The notes under the pieces: model-generated
Databases searched by the model: none
What the model was told of the DNA's origin: nothing
The model's input: only the letters and a program-made list of their open reading frames with translations
IMG/VR virus record: IMGVR_UViG_3300048848_000291
Location: 1-42,403 of that record
Length of the DNA stretch: 42,403 nucleotides
Direction: 5' to 3' (one strand)
Origin: a virus
Taxonomy: Duplodnaviria > Caudoviricetes
Shown here: piece by piece, positions 17,403-27,132 of the stretch
How positions within the stretch are numbered: the first letter of the stretch is position 1
How the letters are laid out: each line of letters starts with the position of its first letter
Program-made: the position numbers and the translations under genes

Positions 17403-17815
17403 GTCTCTTCGCTCTCCTCAACGAGCGCCAGGACCTGAACGACCCCATGCTGCTGCGTCTGATCCGGATCGTCAGTCACTCGCCACAAGCGAACCTCTAT
17501 CGCCGCTAGAGCGCCCTCGCTCAGAGGAAGGTAGGCCTCGTGCAGCGACTTGCGGACCTGGGCAATGACATTGTCGACTGACCACCGGTTTGGCTCGCGA
17601 GACCAGATATCGATCTGCGCGGTGATTTCTTGCCCGATGATGCAATCGGCGTCTTCCGAGGAGCCGGTGAACGGGCCCCGGCTTATGTGAATTTGCTTCG
17701 TGCCCCAAGGGTCTTTTGGCGCCTTGTCATGGATGCCGTCCACCAACGCCGCCAAAGCCTCGTTTTGGTTGAGGGCGCCAAGAATTGCGGCCCAGAGAAC
17801 TTTGCCGGCACTCAT
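17399..17815 (-). CDS. DUF3168 tail terminator protein
   Basis: QIDIWSR...HGVV; position. Confidence 0.8.
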   Translation of the reverse strand: MSAGKVLWAAILGALNQNEALAALVDGIHDKAPKDPWGTKQIHISRGPFTGSSEDADCIIGQEITAQIDIWSREPNRWSVDNVIAQVRKSLHEAYLPLSEGALAAIEVRLWRVTDDPDQTQQHGVVQVLALVEESEET

Positions 17816-18165
17816 GCAGCGCCCCCGGTCTGAACCTCGACATAGACCCAGTCTCTATCCGTCACAGCATCGGCGATCTTGACCGCGTACTTACGGCCAG
17901 TTCTCTTGTCGGTCATCTGCCAGTCGCTTTCGATCTGCCGAGACTGGGGAGATGAACGGAGGTAGACGCCCAGCGTGTTACGCCCTTCAAGCCGAGCGGC
18001 GACGACCGCCTCGTTTCCACCGCGGGAACGGAAGGCGGCCCAGAGCGAAAACTGATCTTCAAATCGCCCTTCAGTGTTGCCGAGGCCATCATTGAACTTG
18101 GCACGCTTGGCGAAAGCAACTCGTCGATCGAGCTCCTGCGCTGTCGGCGGGTTACTTAGTGCCAT
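17812..18165 (-). CDS. Head closure / head-tail adaptor (SPP1 gp16-like)
   Basis: LDRRVAF...DGLGN...WAA...GNEAVVAARLEG. Confidence 0.85.
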   Translation of the reverse strand: MALSNPPTAQELDRRVAFAKRAKFNDGLGNTEGRFEDQFSLWAAFRSRGGNEAVVAARLEGRNTLGVYLRSSPQSRQIESDWQMTDKRTGRKYAVKIADAVTDRDWVYVEVQTGGAA

Positions 18166-18355
18166 CGGCCGAAGCGTCCGTGGACGACTTGCCGGAAGGC
18201 TTGCCGCCCGCCTCTGTCAGTTCTTCGGCCTTGCCAGCAGCAATCGCAGCTTCGCCGCACTCACGCTTCACGGTCTCTTCCATGCCTGCGAGATAGCCGA
18301 TCGTGGACTGCGATGTCGGCTTGTAGTCAAAACTGTCAGTGAACTTCACGCGCAT
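18152..18355 (-). CDS. Small head-region hypothetical protein (67 aa)
   Basis: AAGGAG RBS; MRVKFTDSFDYKP...AAIAAGKA. Confidence 0.7.
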   Translation of the reverse strand: MRVKFTDSFDYKPTSQSTIGYLAGMEETVKRECGEAAIAAGKAEELTEAGGKPSGKSSTDASADGTK

Positions 18356-18368
18356 TGCGTTCTCCTTT

Positions 18369-18683
18369 TCAAGCAAGGGCTGGGTCGCGGAGCCGGTACA
18401 GCAGCGCCACAACAGGGTTTTTCGGATCACCGGTACCGAGGCCAGGCAAAAGGCCGCCGGTGTTCGCCTCGTCGAGGAGGCTGTGAACGACCAGCATCAC
18501 GGCCGCAGAGACGCGACCTGGCACAGTCTCATCCGTCCAGCCGTGCGCCGGCCTTTTTAGATAATCGACGACAGCGTCTTCGGCCTGCCGGATCTTGAGC
18601 TCGATATCGGGGACGCGCTCGTCGCCGTCGATGAGGTCGAGGCGCAGCGCGAGATTGACTTGAGCGAGCGTGACGAGGGCCAT
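18369..18683 (-). CDS. Head-tail connector (HK97 gp6-like)
   Basis: MALVTLAQVNLALRLD...AEDAVVDYL...LLYRLRDP. Confidence 0.85.
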   Translation of the reverse strand: MALVTLAQVNLALRLDLIDGDERVPDIELKIRQAEDAVVDYLKRPAHGWTDETVPGRVSAAVMLVVHSLLDEANTGGLLPGLGTGDPKNPVVALLYRLRDPALA

Positions 18684-18684
18684 G

Positions 18685-19704
18685 TCATTCCCCCTTGGCT
18701 GGAACGCCAACGCGAACCGGCTGTTGAGGCTTAGCATCCTTCACGACGCCGTCTTTGCCGTCCCTGCCCTTCTTGGCGCAGAGCGTCCAGTCTTTCGAGC
18801 CGTCGCCGGGCTTCCGTTCGGTCTTCTCGGCATCGCAGTGCCACAGACAGCCGCCCCAAGTGACCGTGTCACCCTTGCTGTAAGAGCCCTCGGTGAAGAC
18901 GCCGCGGTAAATCATGACCGGGAAGCCGAGTTCAACGCTGTAATCGAGATCCTTGCCGATGAACGACAGCAGCACCGTCCGGCCGTCATCCATAACCTTC
19001 GCGTCGAAGTTCTCGAGGTTGAAGCCATCGCGCCCGGGCTTGCCGTCGTCGCCATCTTTGCCAACGACAGGCCCGAGGTTCTTCGTTGCACCGTTCGTCA
19101 GCGTCACGACGAGTGCGCCATCGCGATCGATCAATGCGCCAGCTAAGCCGACTCCGTCTTTGCCATCGATGCCGTCCTTGCCGTCTTTCGCAAGAGGAAG
19201 CCCGCTGACACGCTTCTCAACTTCGGAGGCAATGAGAGGCGCAACATCCTCAACAGTTACTCCCTTGCCGTCCTGCGGGGCCGGGATAGACGCTACGGCA
19301 ACCTTCACCGCCTCGTCCACCATCCCGCCGATGTCTGGCAGCTCCGGAGCTTGCGGAATTTCCGGGACGACGATGCCTTCCACTGTTGCCTTCAGAGCTT
19401 CGAGGTCTGCCGAGAGATCGACTGGGGCGGGGATCTCAGTGACAGCTGCATCCACAAGCGCCCTGATCGTCGCTGGGATGTCCTTCTTCATTTCCTCCAG
19501 CGCCTCACGAATTGGCGACAGGTCGTCTTCAAACTTGCGAGTTACAGTGAGGACGATCTGATCGCTGTCAGCGTCTTTTCCGTCCTTCGGCGTGGGCATA
19601 GAATCCAACCGCTTCTCCAGTGCGGAGATGCGCGTCAAAATTGGGTCGAGCTGCGCCTTGACCATGCCGGCAAGCTCTCGCCCGAAAGCTTTTGCATCAA
19701 TCAT
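18685..19704 (-). CDS. Collagen-like (GKD repeat) head-associated protein
   Basis: KDGKDG repeats; YRGVF...GDTVTWGGCLWHC...WTLCAKKGRDG. Confidence 0.75.
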   Translation of the reverse strand: MIDAKAFGRELAGMVKAQLDPILTRISALEKRLDSMPTPKDGKDADSDQIVLTVTRKFEDDLSPIREALEEMKKDIPATIRALVDAAVTEIPAPVDLSADLEALKATVEGIVVPEIPQAPELPDIGGMVDEAVKVAVASIPAPQDGKGVTVEDVAPLIASEVEKRVSGLPLAKDGKDGIDGKDGVGLAGALIDRDGALVVTLTNGATKNLGPVVGKDGDDGKPGRDGFNLENFDAKVMDDGRTVLLSFIGKDLDYSVELGFPVMIYRGVFTEGSYSKGDTVTWGGCLWHCDAEKTERKPGDGSKDWTLCAKKGRDGKDGVVKDAKPQQPVRVGVPAKGE

Positions 19705-21053
19705 GCGGCTAGACCTTTCTGAAATTCCAGGGCCGCTTCAGCGACAAAGGCTCGGGCTTCAGCCTGTTGGCGTTCTTCATTCGTCTCGGCTGGTGGATCA
19801 ACGGGCGCCGGAGCCTTGATCGGCTGCGCATCACGACGGTATAACCATTCGAGGCTGTGGTCCTGCTCCTGAAGATAAACGGTGTTCCCGCCCTCGACAG
19901 GCTTCAGATCGAGCCGCTTGCGCTGCTCGTTAACCGTCAGCTTGCCCTTCGACTTATCTAACACGTCCATCTGCGTGATCGAGTCCATACGGAGCAGCCC
20001 ATCGAGATCGAATTCTGTCCCGATATTCTCGCCCATGCCCAGACCTTCATCCAGGCAGAGTTCGATGCTCTCAAACAGGACCTGAAGGCACTGCGAGTAG
20101 TATTCGATGTTCAAGGATTGGACGTTCGAGTAGGTCGGCATGGTCCCGACGCCGATCTTGTAGGGCGGGACGTGATAGGTCGAGCAGACGACCTCGGCGC
20201 TCCACTTAAGCTGCTCGATCAGCTGTGTATCGACTGCCTTGGCCTTCATCGCCTCATATTTCAGGCCATCACCAAGAACGGCAACCTTGCCGGAATTCTT
20301 GCCGGCGAAGTTGGCGTCCCAGTAGGCTTTAAGGCGGTCTGCGGTGTCTTGCTCTATGGCACCCGGAGCCGTGAGGACGCCGCCGGGTTGCGCGCCATTC
20401 TGGAAGAAGAGGGTGCTATCGTTCTGGATCGCAAGCCCCTGCATGGCTGCAAGCCCGCCGGCGAATATGGGGGACAGCCCGACCAGCGGATGAAAGAAGC
20501 AGTTAAACCGGTCGTGGATGATTTCGCGAGCCGGAACGATGATGCTGTCTTCGACGCCACCGAGCGGATCCTTGCTCAGCTGGTAGAAGACGCTGCCATC
20601 ATCGGAGACCAGAGGCGTCACCAGAGTGGGATCGAGGACGTAGAGTTTGACCACCACGCCGCGGCCGTCGCGCTGCTTCAGGATGTATGCGTTGCCGCGC
20701 TGCAGCTTCGACAGAACCCACGCTTCCATGAACTGGATGCGGTTCTGAAAGGCGTTCGGTTTACGGAGGACCGGCGAATAGGCCGCATTGCTGGTCTCGC
20801 TCCAGATCCCGTCGCTGTCCTTCGCCACAAGCTTGATGCGCAGCTTCGAGATGTCCGAGGCGATCAAGGTGCGGCAGGCGAAGTCAGCATGGTTCGACAG
20901 AACGGAGTCATAGCGGACTTCGACGTTCTGCTGCCAGTTCCCAGGCGCGGCTTCGAAAAGAGACCGCCACCCGCCACGGCCCCTAGAGACAGGCGACAGT
21001 GCTTTCTCCGTCGCCGGGGGGCGGTTGAATAGGCGGGGAAGGCGCATGATCAC
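19701..21053 (-). CDS. Portal protein, HK97 family (alternative ATG at 21047)
   Basis: RGNAYIL, EIIHDR, GLSPI, FFQNGAQPGGVL, YHVPPYKIG. Confidence 0.95.
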   Translation of the reverse strand: MIMRLPRLFNRPPATEKALSPVSRGRGGWRSLFEAAPGNWQQNVEVRYDSVLSNHADFACRTLIASDISKLRIKLVAKDSDGIWSETSNAAYSPVLRKPNAFQNRIQFMEAWVLSKLQRGNAYILKQRDGRGVVVKLYVLDPTLVTPLVSDDGSVFYQLSKDPLGGVEDSIIVPAREIIHDRFNCFFHPLVGLSPIFAGGLAAMQGLAIQNDSTLFFQNGAQPGGVLTAPGAIEQDTADRLKAYWDANFAGKNSGKVAVLGDGLKYEAMKAKAVDTQLIEQLKWSAEVVCSTYHVPPYKIGVGTMPTYSNVQSLNIEYYSQCLQVLFESIELCLDEGLGMGENIGTEFDLDGLLRMDSITQMDVLDKSKGKLTVNEQRKRLDLKPVEGGNTVYLQEQDHSLEWLYRRDAQPIKAPAPVDPPAETNEERQQAEARAFVAEAALEFQKGLAA

Positions 21054-21325
21054 ACCTTCGCTTCAGCGATCTTGGCTTTGAGTGTGTCGATATCCCAGCC
21101 GTGATAGGCCCTCTTACCGACAGTCTCATGGTATTCGGCACGAAGGGCGTCCAGCTCGGGGGCTTTGCTGCCGCCATTCTGTCCGTCACCGTCGTGGTCG
21201 AGAGGATCGCCCGCTTCGGCGCCAGCAACCACGTCGGCACGCGCATACCCCAGCTTCCCGAGGACCCGTGCGAAGCGTGGGTCGCTCGCCGTCATGGCGC
21301 GGGTCATGTACGAGGACTTCTTCAT
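21050..21325 (-). CDS. Small head-region protein
   Basis: 91 aa, AAGGAG RBS; C-terminal LRAEY...GKRAYHGWDIDTLKAKI. Confidence 0.7.
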   Translation of the reverse strand: MKKSSYMTRAMTASDPRFARVLGKLGYARADVVAGAEAGDPLDHDGDGQNGGSKAPELDALRAEYHETVGKRAYHGWDIDTLKAKIAEAKV

Positions 21326-21351
21326 TGCCGTCTCCTTGCTTGGACGAGAGA

Positions 21352-21377
21352 AGCCAGCCCCACGAATGAGGCTGGCT
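21352..21377 (-). terminator. Hairpin after the major capsid gene
   Basis: AGCCAGCC/GGCTGGCT stem; weak U tract. Confidence 0.45.
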
Positions 21378-21385
21378 CGTTGTCG

Positions 21386-23398
21386 TTACGGAGTAACTGG
21401 AGCGGGGGTGCCCCAGGTGGCGCCGGTAAGAATGGCCACAGCCGAAGGACGGCGGCGGGCCCAGTTGATGAACCGCTCGACACGGAAGGCCACGCTGTTG
21501 GTCTGGAACATCGAGACGAGCGACGTTGCGCCGGTTGGCGTGTCGGAGTTGTGCGCCGGGTTGTCGGCCATCTCCAGCGAGGCTTCGCGGGACATGTCGA
21601 CCTGGATGCCGCCTTCGTCAGCGAGGTAGATGTCGCTGGCGTTGGCAAGTACGACAGTGCCGGCTGGAATGTAATCCGACACAATGACCGGGAGACCCGC
21701 GAAGGCGCCGCCCGTCATCGAGATGCCTGGGAACTCCGGCTGACCGAGCGGATTGGTCATCATCGACAGAGCAAGCGCTGTCGTCGAACCCATGATCCAG
21801 ACACCGCTCGTCGGGGCGTTCTGTGCCGCGATGAACGTCGCCATCAGAGCGCGGATATCTCTCCGGATGTCATCCGCATCACCACCAGACGACACAACCG
21901 CGGTCAGGCCGTTGGTGATGGAAGCTGGGGAGACGCCGGCAACCGCTGCCTTGGCGGGGTTGACGAAGTCAGTGTCGAGGCGAGCGGCGATCGCAGCAGC
22001 CAAACTGTCGCGGAGGAGGCCTTCAGCGGCCGGAGACGACCGACGAAGGAGTTCTTCGGTTACGACCGCAATGTTCGCCACCTTGAAGATGTCGAGGATA
22101 TTGCGCTCGAAGCCGAAGCTGGTGAGCGGCTTTGCCTTCCCTTCCCCAACCCAGTAGCCCTCGCCGCCTTCCGTCTGCCCGACCAGCGGGACGTTGAACG
22201 GAACGTTGCGAAGGGCTGGAACACCGTTCTGGCCGAAACGGCCGAGGATGGTGCGCGGACGGAGGTATTCCACGAAGTCGGCGATCACATCGGTGCCTTC
22301 ACCGACGAGAGGCGATGCCCAGTTGCCGTCTTGGGTGGTGCCGGCAGGAACTGCGGCCTTCATGACGATCCCGTAAATGGACGAGTCCTCGCCATAAAGC
22401 TCCTTGGCGACGGTGCGCACGCTTTCGCCATCGAGCTTTGCCAGGGCCTTGACCTTGGCGAGACGAGCGAAGCCGATGCCCTTTTCGAGCGCCGGAGCCT
22501 TGATCACGATGCCAGAGCGGGCGGCAGACCCGTCAGCCGAGGTCTTGATCTGGTTGGCGACGACCGGCTTTGCCGATGTGGCCTGCATCTTCTCCATGGT
22601 GCGGAGACGCTTCAGGTCGCCGTCAAGAGCATCGACTTCGCCGGAAAGCGTGTCGAACTCTTCCTGTTCGGACTGATCGGTCGAACGACCTTCGTCCATG
22701 GACTTTTGCATAACGTCCGACATGCGTGCGGACTTGGCCTGCCGGGAGGCTTCCAGCGCCGCGATCTGTTCAGCAATGGTCTTCATAGCTGTGACTTCCT
22801 TGAGTGTGAGATTGATGGAATGCTTGGATTTTCCCGTGGCGCCGGGAGTGGTATCGGCAGGACGCTCAATTTTGCCTGTCGCGGCAGGAGCGTTCATGTC
22901 GAAGGACTTGATGACCGCGACACCTGCCGCGTCCATGTTCTTGATACTGGTCATGATGGCTTCGGGCTGGGCCGGAATGGTTACGGCCGACAGCTCATAG
23001 ACCTCAGACTTGATGAAACGGATGCCGCCCTCGTCCAGGAAGGCGTACTCGACGGCGCGAAAGCCGATCGACACGGCGCGGACAAGACCAATCTTGATTG
23101 ACTGCCAGGCTTCATCGATGCGGTCCTTCAGCTTGCCGTCTTCGGCAATGGTGGGTATCTCCGCCTCGAATGTGATGCCGTCCTTGGTGGGCTTGTCGAA
23201 CTTGACGGTGCCGATCGGCTGATGAGCGTCATGCTGCCAGAGGAAGGCCATCGGGTTGGTGAACTTGACGCCGAGGGGCTCCACAATATCTCCGACGCGA
23301 TCGACCGCCGGCGTGGTCGCGATGCCGCGGATGATGCGTTTCTCTTCGTCAACCGCCTTGATGATGAGCGATGAGTATGCGCGGCGCGTCACTGTCAT
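21386..23398 (-). CDS. Fused prohead protease and HK97-fold major capsid protein
   Basis: DRVGDIV, LWQHD, VSIGF, ELSAVTIPA (protease); WVGEGKAKP, LVSMFQTNSVAFRVER (capsid). Confidence 0.95.
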   Translation of the reverse strand: MTVTRRAYSSLIIKAVDEEKRIIRGIATTPAVDRVGDIVEPLGVKFTNPMAFLWQHDAHQPIGTVKFDKPTKDGITFEAEIPTIAEDGKLKDRIDEAWQSIKIGLVRAVSIGFRAVEYAFLDEGGIRFIKSEVYELSAVTIPAQPEAIMTSIKNMDAAGVAVIKSFDMNAPAATGKIERPADTTPGATGKSKHSINLTLKEVTAMKTIAEQIAALEASRQAKSARMSDVMQKSMDEGRSTDQSEQEEFDTLSGEVDALDGDLKRLRTMEKMQATSAKPVVANQIKTSADGSAARSGIVIKAPALEKGIGFARLAKVKALAKLDGESVRTVAKELYGEDSSIYGIVMKAAVPAGTTQDGNWASPLVGEGTDVIADFVEYLRPRTILGRFGQNGVPALRNVPFNVPLVGQTEGGEGYWVGEGKAKPLTSFGFERNILDIFKVANIAVVTEELLRRSSPAAEGLLRDSLAAAIAARLDTDFVNPAKAAVAGVSPASITNGLTAVVSSGGDADDIRRDIRALMATFIAAQNAPTSGVWIMGSTTALALSMMTNPLGQPEFPGISMTGGAFAGLPVIVSDYIPAGTVVLANASDIYLADEGGIQVDMSREASLEMADNPAHNSDTPTGATSLVSMFQTNSVAFRVERFINWARRRPSAVAILTGATWGTPAPVTP

Positions 23399-23432
23399 GA
23401 CGACCTCCAGTTCTTGTAGGGTTTCGTGTGGT

Positions 23433-25130
23433 TCAGCCGACTACCAGCATCTGGAATTGCGGCTTGCGCTTAGCTTCTGGGTTGCGGCTCATCACCGTCA
23501 CGGCATTGAAAAGCGCCATGGCGAGGTCGATCTTCGCGTCGCCGGCGTTCTGCTTGGTGGCCCGAATGGCCGTTGCGGTAGGTTCAATCTTCAGGTTGCC
23601 AACACACCACTGCATCAGGCCGGCACCGGAGTGGCGCAGCGTCCCGTTGGCGAGTTTCCGTTCGGTAGTCTTGATCGCATTCATGAGCTGATAGCCTTGT
23701 GGAACGCCGATCAGCAAACCCTCTTCCTCAGTGATTCCGATCTCTGCCAAAGCCTCGACCATCTCGCCGAGGCCGGCGGGATCGACAGCCACGCAGGCGA
23801 GCAAGCCGGCATCCTTGATCTGAGCGATGATACCGACGATCTCCGAAATGTCGTCGAGCTCGTCGTCGACGATGGTCAACTCACCTTCGGCCTCGAACTC
23901 CTGCAATTTGGTAGCGATCTTCTGACGGCGCTTCAAAACGCCATTGTGGCACCAGCCGTGTACCCAGCAGAGCCATTCCCGCGTCTTCTTGTGTCTTCCA
24001 ACGACTGCCAGGCCGAACAAATCGTCCAAACCGCCGCCATCCAGCCCGGGAACGATCACATCGCAGTGCTCGATCAGGTAGTCGATGGTAATGTCGTCCT
24101 GGGCTCGTTTGTCCCAGAGATCGGCGCCCGGCCATCGGTTCGACCGAAGGTTCATTCCGATCTCGACGTTCAGGTGTTTCGCCAGGAACGTCGCGAGCGT
24201 GGTGCGATCGCCGGAAAGCTCCTTGATCATCTCGTCATGAAGCCATTCCTGGCTGACGGAGCGCCCAAGGTTCGGGTTCGTCACATAGAAGTTTGCCGGT
24301 TCCTCATAAGCTTTTGCTTTGATCATCTCCGGGGGGAATTCGTAGATGACCGGCAAGAATTTCCGGTTCTCGATCACCCCGTCTCGCACGTTGCGAGCAT
24401 AGTCCAGCTTTGCCTTGAAAACTCCGGCTGGCGGCTCGTCACTCTGCGTAGACAAAGTGATCACAAAGCCTTCGGGCCTCGACACCAGTCCGCCTGTGGC
24501 TTCTCTAAGCATGGCATCCGCGTTGGCTCTCTTGCCGAAGACCCAAAGCTCGTCGATCAAGATCCGGCCTGCCTTCTTGCCGGAGACCGTGTCTGTATCG
24601 GCCGCAACGACCTTCAGCGCTGCATCGGTGCCCAGATGCTTGATCGTCCGGACGTGATCCTGCACGACCAGCATACCGCCTTCGTCGGCGTTAGCATCGA
24701 GCTCCGGATCTGCCCTGACCATTGCAGCCGCTGGCTTGTAGCTGTTTGCCGCGACTTCGATTGTCGGCGCCAGGATCAACAGTTCCTCGTTATGTCTCCA
24801 ATTGATGATCAGCGCCGTCAGCATGACGGCCGCCGCGATCGTAGACTTCGTGTTCTTCTTGCTGATGAGCAGGAAGAATTCCGTGATCAGCTGTTTTCCC
24901 GTCTCAGCGTCGTAGGAACCGAAGATTGCCGCAACAAAATCGAAGACCCATTGATCGCTCACTTCGCCGAACGTTGGTTGCCCGGGCAGGTCCGTGACCT
25001 TCAGCGCCTTGAAAACGGACAGCGCATAGTCTGCCTCGCTCGGGAAGAGAGGACGAAACGCGATGAGCGACCGCTGCGAAACAATCCTCTTTTCCCAATC
25101 CGGGCAAGCCGTCGACCAGGTAAGGCTCAC
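23433..25130 (-). CDS. terL: Terminase large subunit
   Basis: LISKKNTKST Walker A variant, ILIDELW, LSTQ, GLDGGGLDDL, KIDLAMA. Confidence 0.95.
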   Translation of the reverse strand: MSLTWSTACPDWEKRIVSQRSLIAFRPLFPSEADYALSVFKALKVTDLPGQPTFGEVSDQWVFDFVAAIFGSYDAETGKQLITEFFLLISKKNTKSTIAAAVMLTALIINWRHNEELLILAPTIEVAANSYKPAAAMVRADPELDANADEGGMLVVQDHVRTIKHLGTDAALKVVAADTDTVSGKKAGRILIDELWVFGKRANADAMLREATGGLVSRPEGFVITLSTQSDEPPAGVFKAKLDYARNVRDGVIENRKFLPVIYEFPPEMIKAKAYEEPANFYVTNPNLGRSVSQEWLHDEMIKELSGDRTTLATFLAKHLNVEIGMNLRSNRWPGADLWDKRAQDDITIDYLIEHCDVIVPGLDGGGLDDLFGLAVVGRHKKTREWLCWVHGWCHNGVLKRRQKIATKLQEFEAEGELTIVDDELDDISEIVGIIAQIKDAGLLACVAVDPAGLGEMVEALAEIGITEEEGLLIGVPQGYQLMNAIKTTERKLANGTLRHSGAGLMQWCVGNLKIEPTATAIRATKQNAGDAKIDLAMALFNAVTVMSRNPEAKRKPQFQMLVVG

Positions 25131-25672
25131 TTGTTGTCGACCACCAGTTTAGGCGGGCCGGGACGCTGCGCAAATTTACCACTTCCGGCAGCGGACGCCG
25201 CGGCAGCGTCTTTACGCGCCGCCTTCTTTCCGGCAGGCGCCGCAGCCTCGTTGAACGTCTTGAGGGTGGCGCTGATATCCTTCAACGTCTTTGCCCGTTC
25301 GCCGAGCGAGATCGCTTTCAACAGTGCGTGCCGACGACGGCTGTCACTCTCTTCGGCGCAGATCATATCCTCGAGCTCACCGTGCAGCGAAGTCACCGCA
25401 TCGAGCTCATCCATCATGCGTCCGGCGAGCGTTTTGCCCTTTTCCGTGAGGTCTGGCGTGGTTTCCAGTGCAGGCGTCAGTCGCGGCACGGGCTCTCGCC
25501 GATCGAGATGCTTTGGCTGCTCTGCCCTCACCCATTTTTCGGCTTTGGCCTTCTTGTTGATTGCCGTGTGAGAAACGCTGTACCAGCGGGCGATGTCACG
25601 GACGCTCATGGCACCGGCGCGGTAGTCCCTCTCGATGCCTTCCCAGTCGATTGGCTTGTTCTCTTTGGGCAT
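25127..25672 (-). CDS. terS: Terminase small subunit
   Basis: DWEGIERDYRAG...SHTAINKKAK..W HTH; upstream of terL. Confidence 0.8.
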   Translation of the reverse strand: MPKENKPIDWEGIERDYRAGAMSVRDIARWYSVSHTAINKKAKAEKWVRAEQPKHLDRREPVPRLTPALETTPDLTEKGKTLAGRMMDELDAVTSLHGELEDMICAEESDSRRRHALLKAISLGERAKTLKDISATLKTFNEAAAPAGKKAARKDAAAASAAGSGKFAQRPGPPKLVVDNK

Positions 25673-25673
25673 A

Positions 25674-25790
25674 GTTTCCACTCTGGTTTCCGGCTGGAAA
25701 CGCTCAAACAGGAAAAAATCTCTTGGTGTGGGGGACGCGGGTCCGGCCCGAAAGCCGGTTTCCAACTTTCCCTACCCCCCCTGATCGATC
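25674..25790. other. Putative cos packaging site
   Basis: Between HNH and terS; minus-strand G7 tract followed by GGACCCGCGTCCCCC; four GTTTCC/GGAAAC repeats. Confidence 0.6.
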
Positions 25791-26038
25791 AGGGGCCTTC
25801 GACCTCGGTCTCGATGGGTCGTCTTGCCTCGCTGGTCGTCATGGGCGAGGTCTCCATCCGAAAGGTGGCCGATGATGGACAACTGAAGGACCGCTCTGTC
25901 TCGGCCTTCCTGCACCACAGCAGCACCGATCACGCCGGGTATCGTCTCACCATTGAGTGTCACCTTCATGCGCCCATCCTCGTGATGGGTGACGACGACG
26001 CGGGCTTCGCTCGGCTTTGGCATTACCATGACAGTCAC
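25772..26038 (-). CDS. Hypothetical phage protein
   Basis: 88-aa ORF overlapping the upstream stop codon. Confidence 0.5.
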   Translation of the reverse strand: MTVMVMPKPSEARVVVTHHEDGRMKVTLNGETIPGVIGAAVVQEGRDRAVLQLSIIGHLSDGDLAHDDQRGKTTHRDRGRRPLIDQGG

Positions 26039-26298
26039 CTCTCGATCGGGGCTGGTGCAGTCGTGCCGTTGGCTTCGCCGTCCATGCGATGCTGCAGGTA
26101 CTCAAGCACTCTGAGGTCCTTCGCCTGCGCGTCACGCCACTTCACTTCGTAGACTGGGGTCCGCTCTACACCAGGAACAAGGTGACCCTTCCAGTAAGCG
26201 ATCTTGCTCTCCTCGACCTGAAGGACAAGTGTGCCGCGGAACCCTGTCCTGTATCGTGTAGAGCCAGTGAGATCGTGGCGACCAACTGGTGAGGGCAT
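26035..26298 (-). CDS. Hypothetical phage protein
   Basis: 87 aa; RYR...LVLQVE...KWRDA. Confidence 0.6.
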   Translation of the reverse strand: MPSPVGRHDLTGSTRYRTGFRGTLVLQVEESKIAYWKGHLVPGVERTPVYEVKWRDAQAKDLRVLEYLQHRMDGEANGTTAPAPIER

Positions 26299-26302
26299 GT
26301 CG

Positions 26303-26671
26303 TTACTGATCCCTCTCCGCCTTACGCTCTTCTGCCTGGATCAGGCTGTCGTGGATGCGCTTGGTTACGGTCTCGATGTTGTTGATGTCCCAGAAGAGCG
26401 CCGGGTCGCCGCGGTGTGGTTTCCGGTGGTTCGCTACTGGTGTGTTCGGATCATTGCCGGTACCGCCGCAGATCTCGCCGGATCGCTGGCATGTGTAGTC
26501 GTCACGCTCGAATGCCTTGCGTCTTAGTCGTTCCCATCGCTGGGTCTTGTACCAAGCCCGCCATGGCTGATTGCCTCGACGGTGCTGGTCTCTGGCCTTC
26601 TCGCCCTTCGGCCTGCCTACCAGCGGCTTGATCATGCCCACGAGCGGCTTGATGGTCTTGAGCCTAGGCAT
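26303..26671 (-). CDS. HNH endonuclease, terminase-associated (HK97 gp74-like)
   Basis: WYKTQRWERLR, VANHRKPHRGDPALFWDINN...HDS. Confidence 0.88.
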   Translation of the reverse strand: MPRLKTIKPLVGMIKPLVGRPKGEKARDQHRRGNQPWRAWYKTQRWERLRRKAFERDDYTCQRSGEICGGTGNDPNTPVANHRKPHRGDPALFWDINNIETVTKRIHDSLIQAEERKAERDQ

Positions 26672-27128
26672 TGCGTGTTGGGCCAGGTGCAGGCGGCCGG
26701 CTGGTGACCTTGCTTGGCTCGCGGTTCACGCTACCTTTGCGGGCCATTGACTTGCGAGCGATGTCAGCCTCGATTGTTGACCACGCATATTCGCGCTGCG
26801 GGATTTCCTGCGCCTCGAGCTTTCGGTCCCACTCTCGCCAGACCACCTCGCCATGATGGCGAAGGATATAACCTTCAGGGTAGTTGCTGAGAACGATCTT
26901 GCCGCCTTCTGCCGTGTCCCCTTCGTATCGGGTCCATGTGCTGGCGTCCGTCTCGTCCATGCCTGCCTTGACGTCCGCGTCGATCACTACCGGGCTCACG
27001 CGCCCAGCCAGCCCGATGATCTGCCGAGTAATCCACATGCGGAAACCATAAGCGCGAGGCCAGCGGATATGGATCGTCACTGCCGACAAGATTTCTTTTC
27101 CTTCGATGGTGACGTCGTGGCTTGCCAT
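26664..27128 (-). CDS. Hypothetical phage protein
   Basis: 154-aa ORF in the late operon. Confidence 0.6.
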   Translation of the reverse strand: MASHDVTIEGKEILSAVTIHIRWPRAYGFRMWITRQIIGLAGRVSPVVIDADVKAGMDETDASTWTRYEGDTAEGGKIVLSNYPEGYILRHHGEVVWREWDRKLEAQEIPQREYAWSTIEADIARKSMARKGSVNREPSKVTSRPPAPGPTRNA

Positions 27129-27132
27129 CGGT

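Noticed and set aside
21101-23101. 666-aa plus-strand ORF
   Set aside because: Antisense shadow of the capsid gene
24845-24875. Terminase Walker A lacking Gly (KKNTKST) as a sign of inactivation
   Set aside because: I recall this variant in this terminase subfamily; all other motifs are intact
23256-25571. 771-aa plus-strand ORF
   Set aside because: Antisense shadow of the terminase genes
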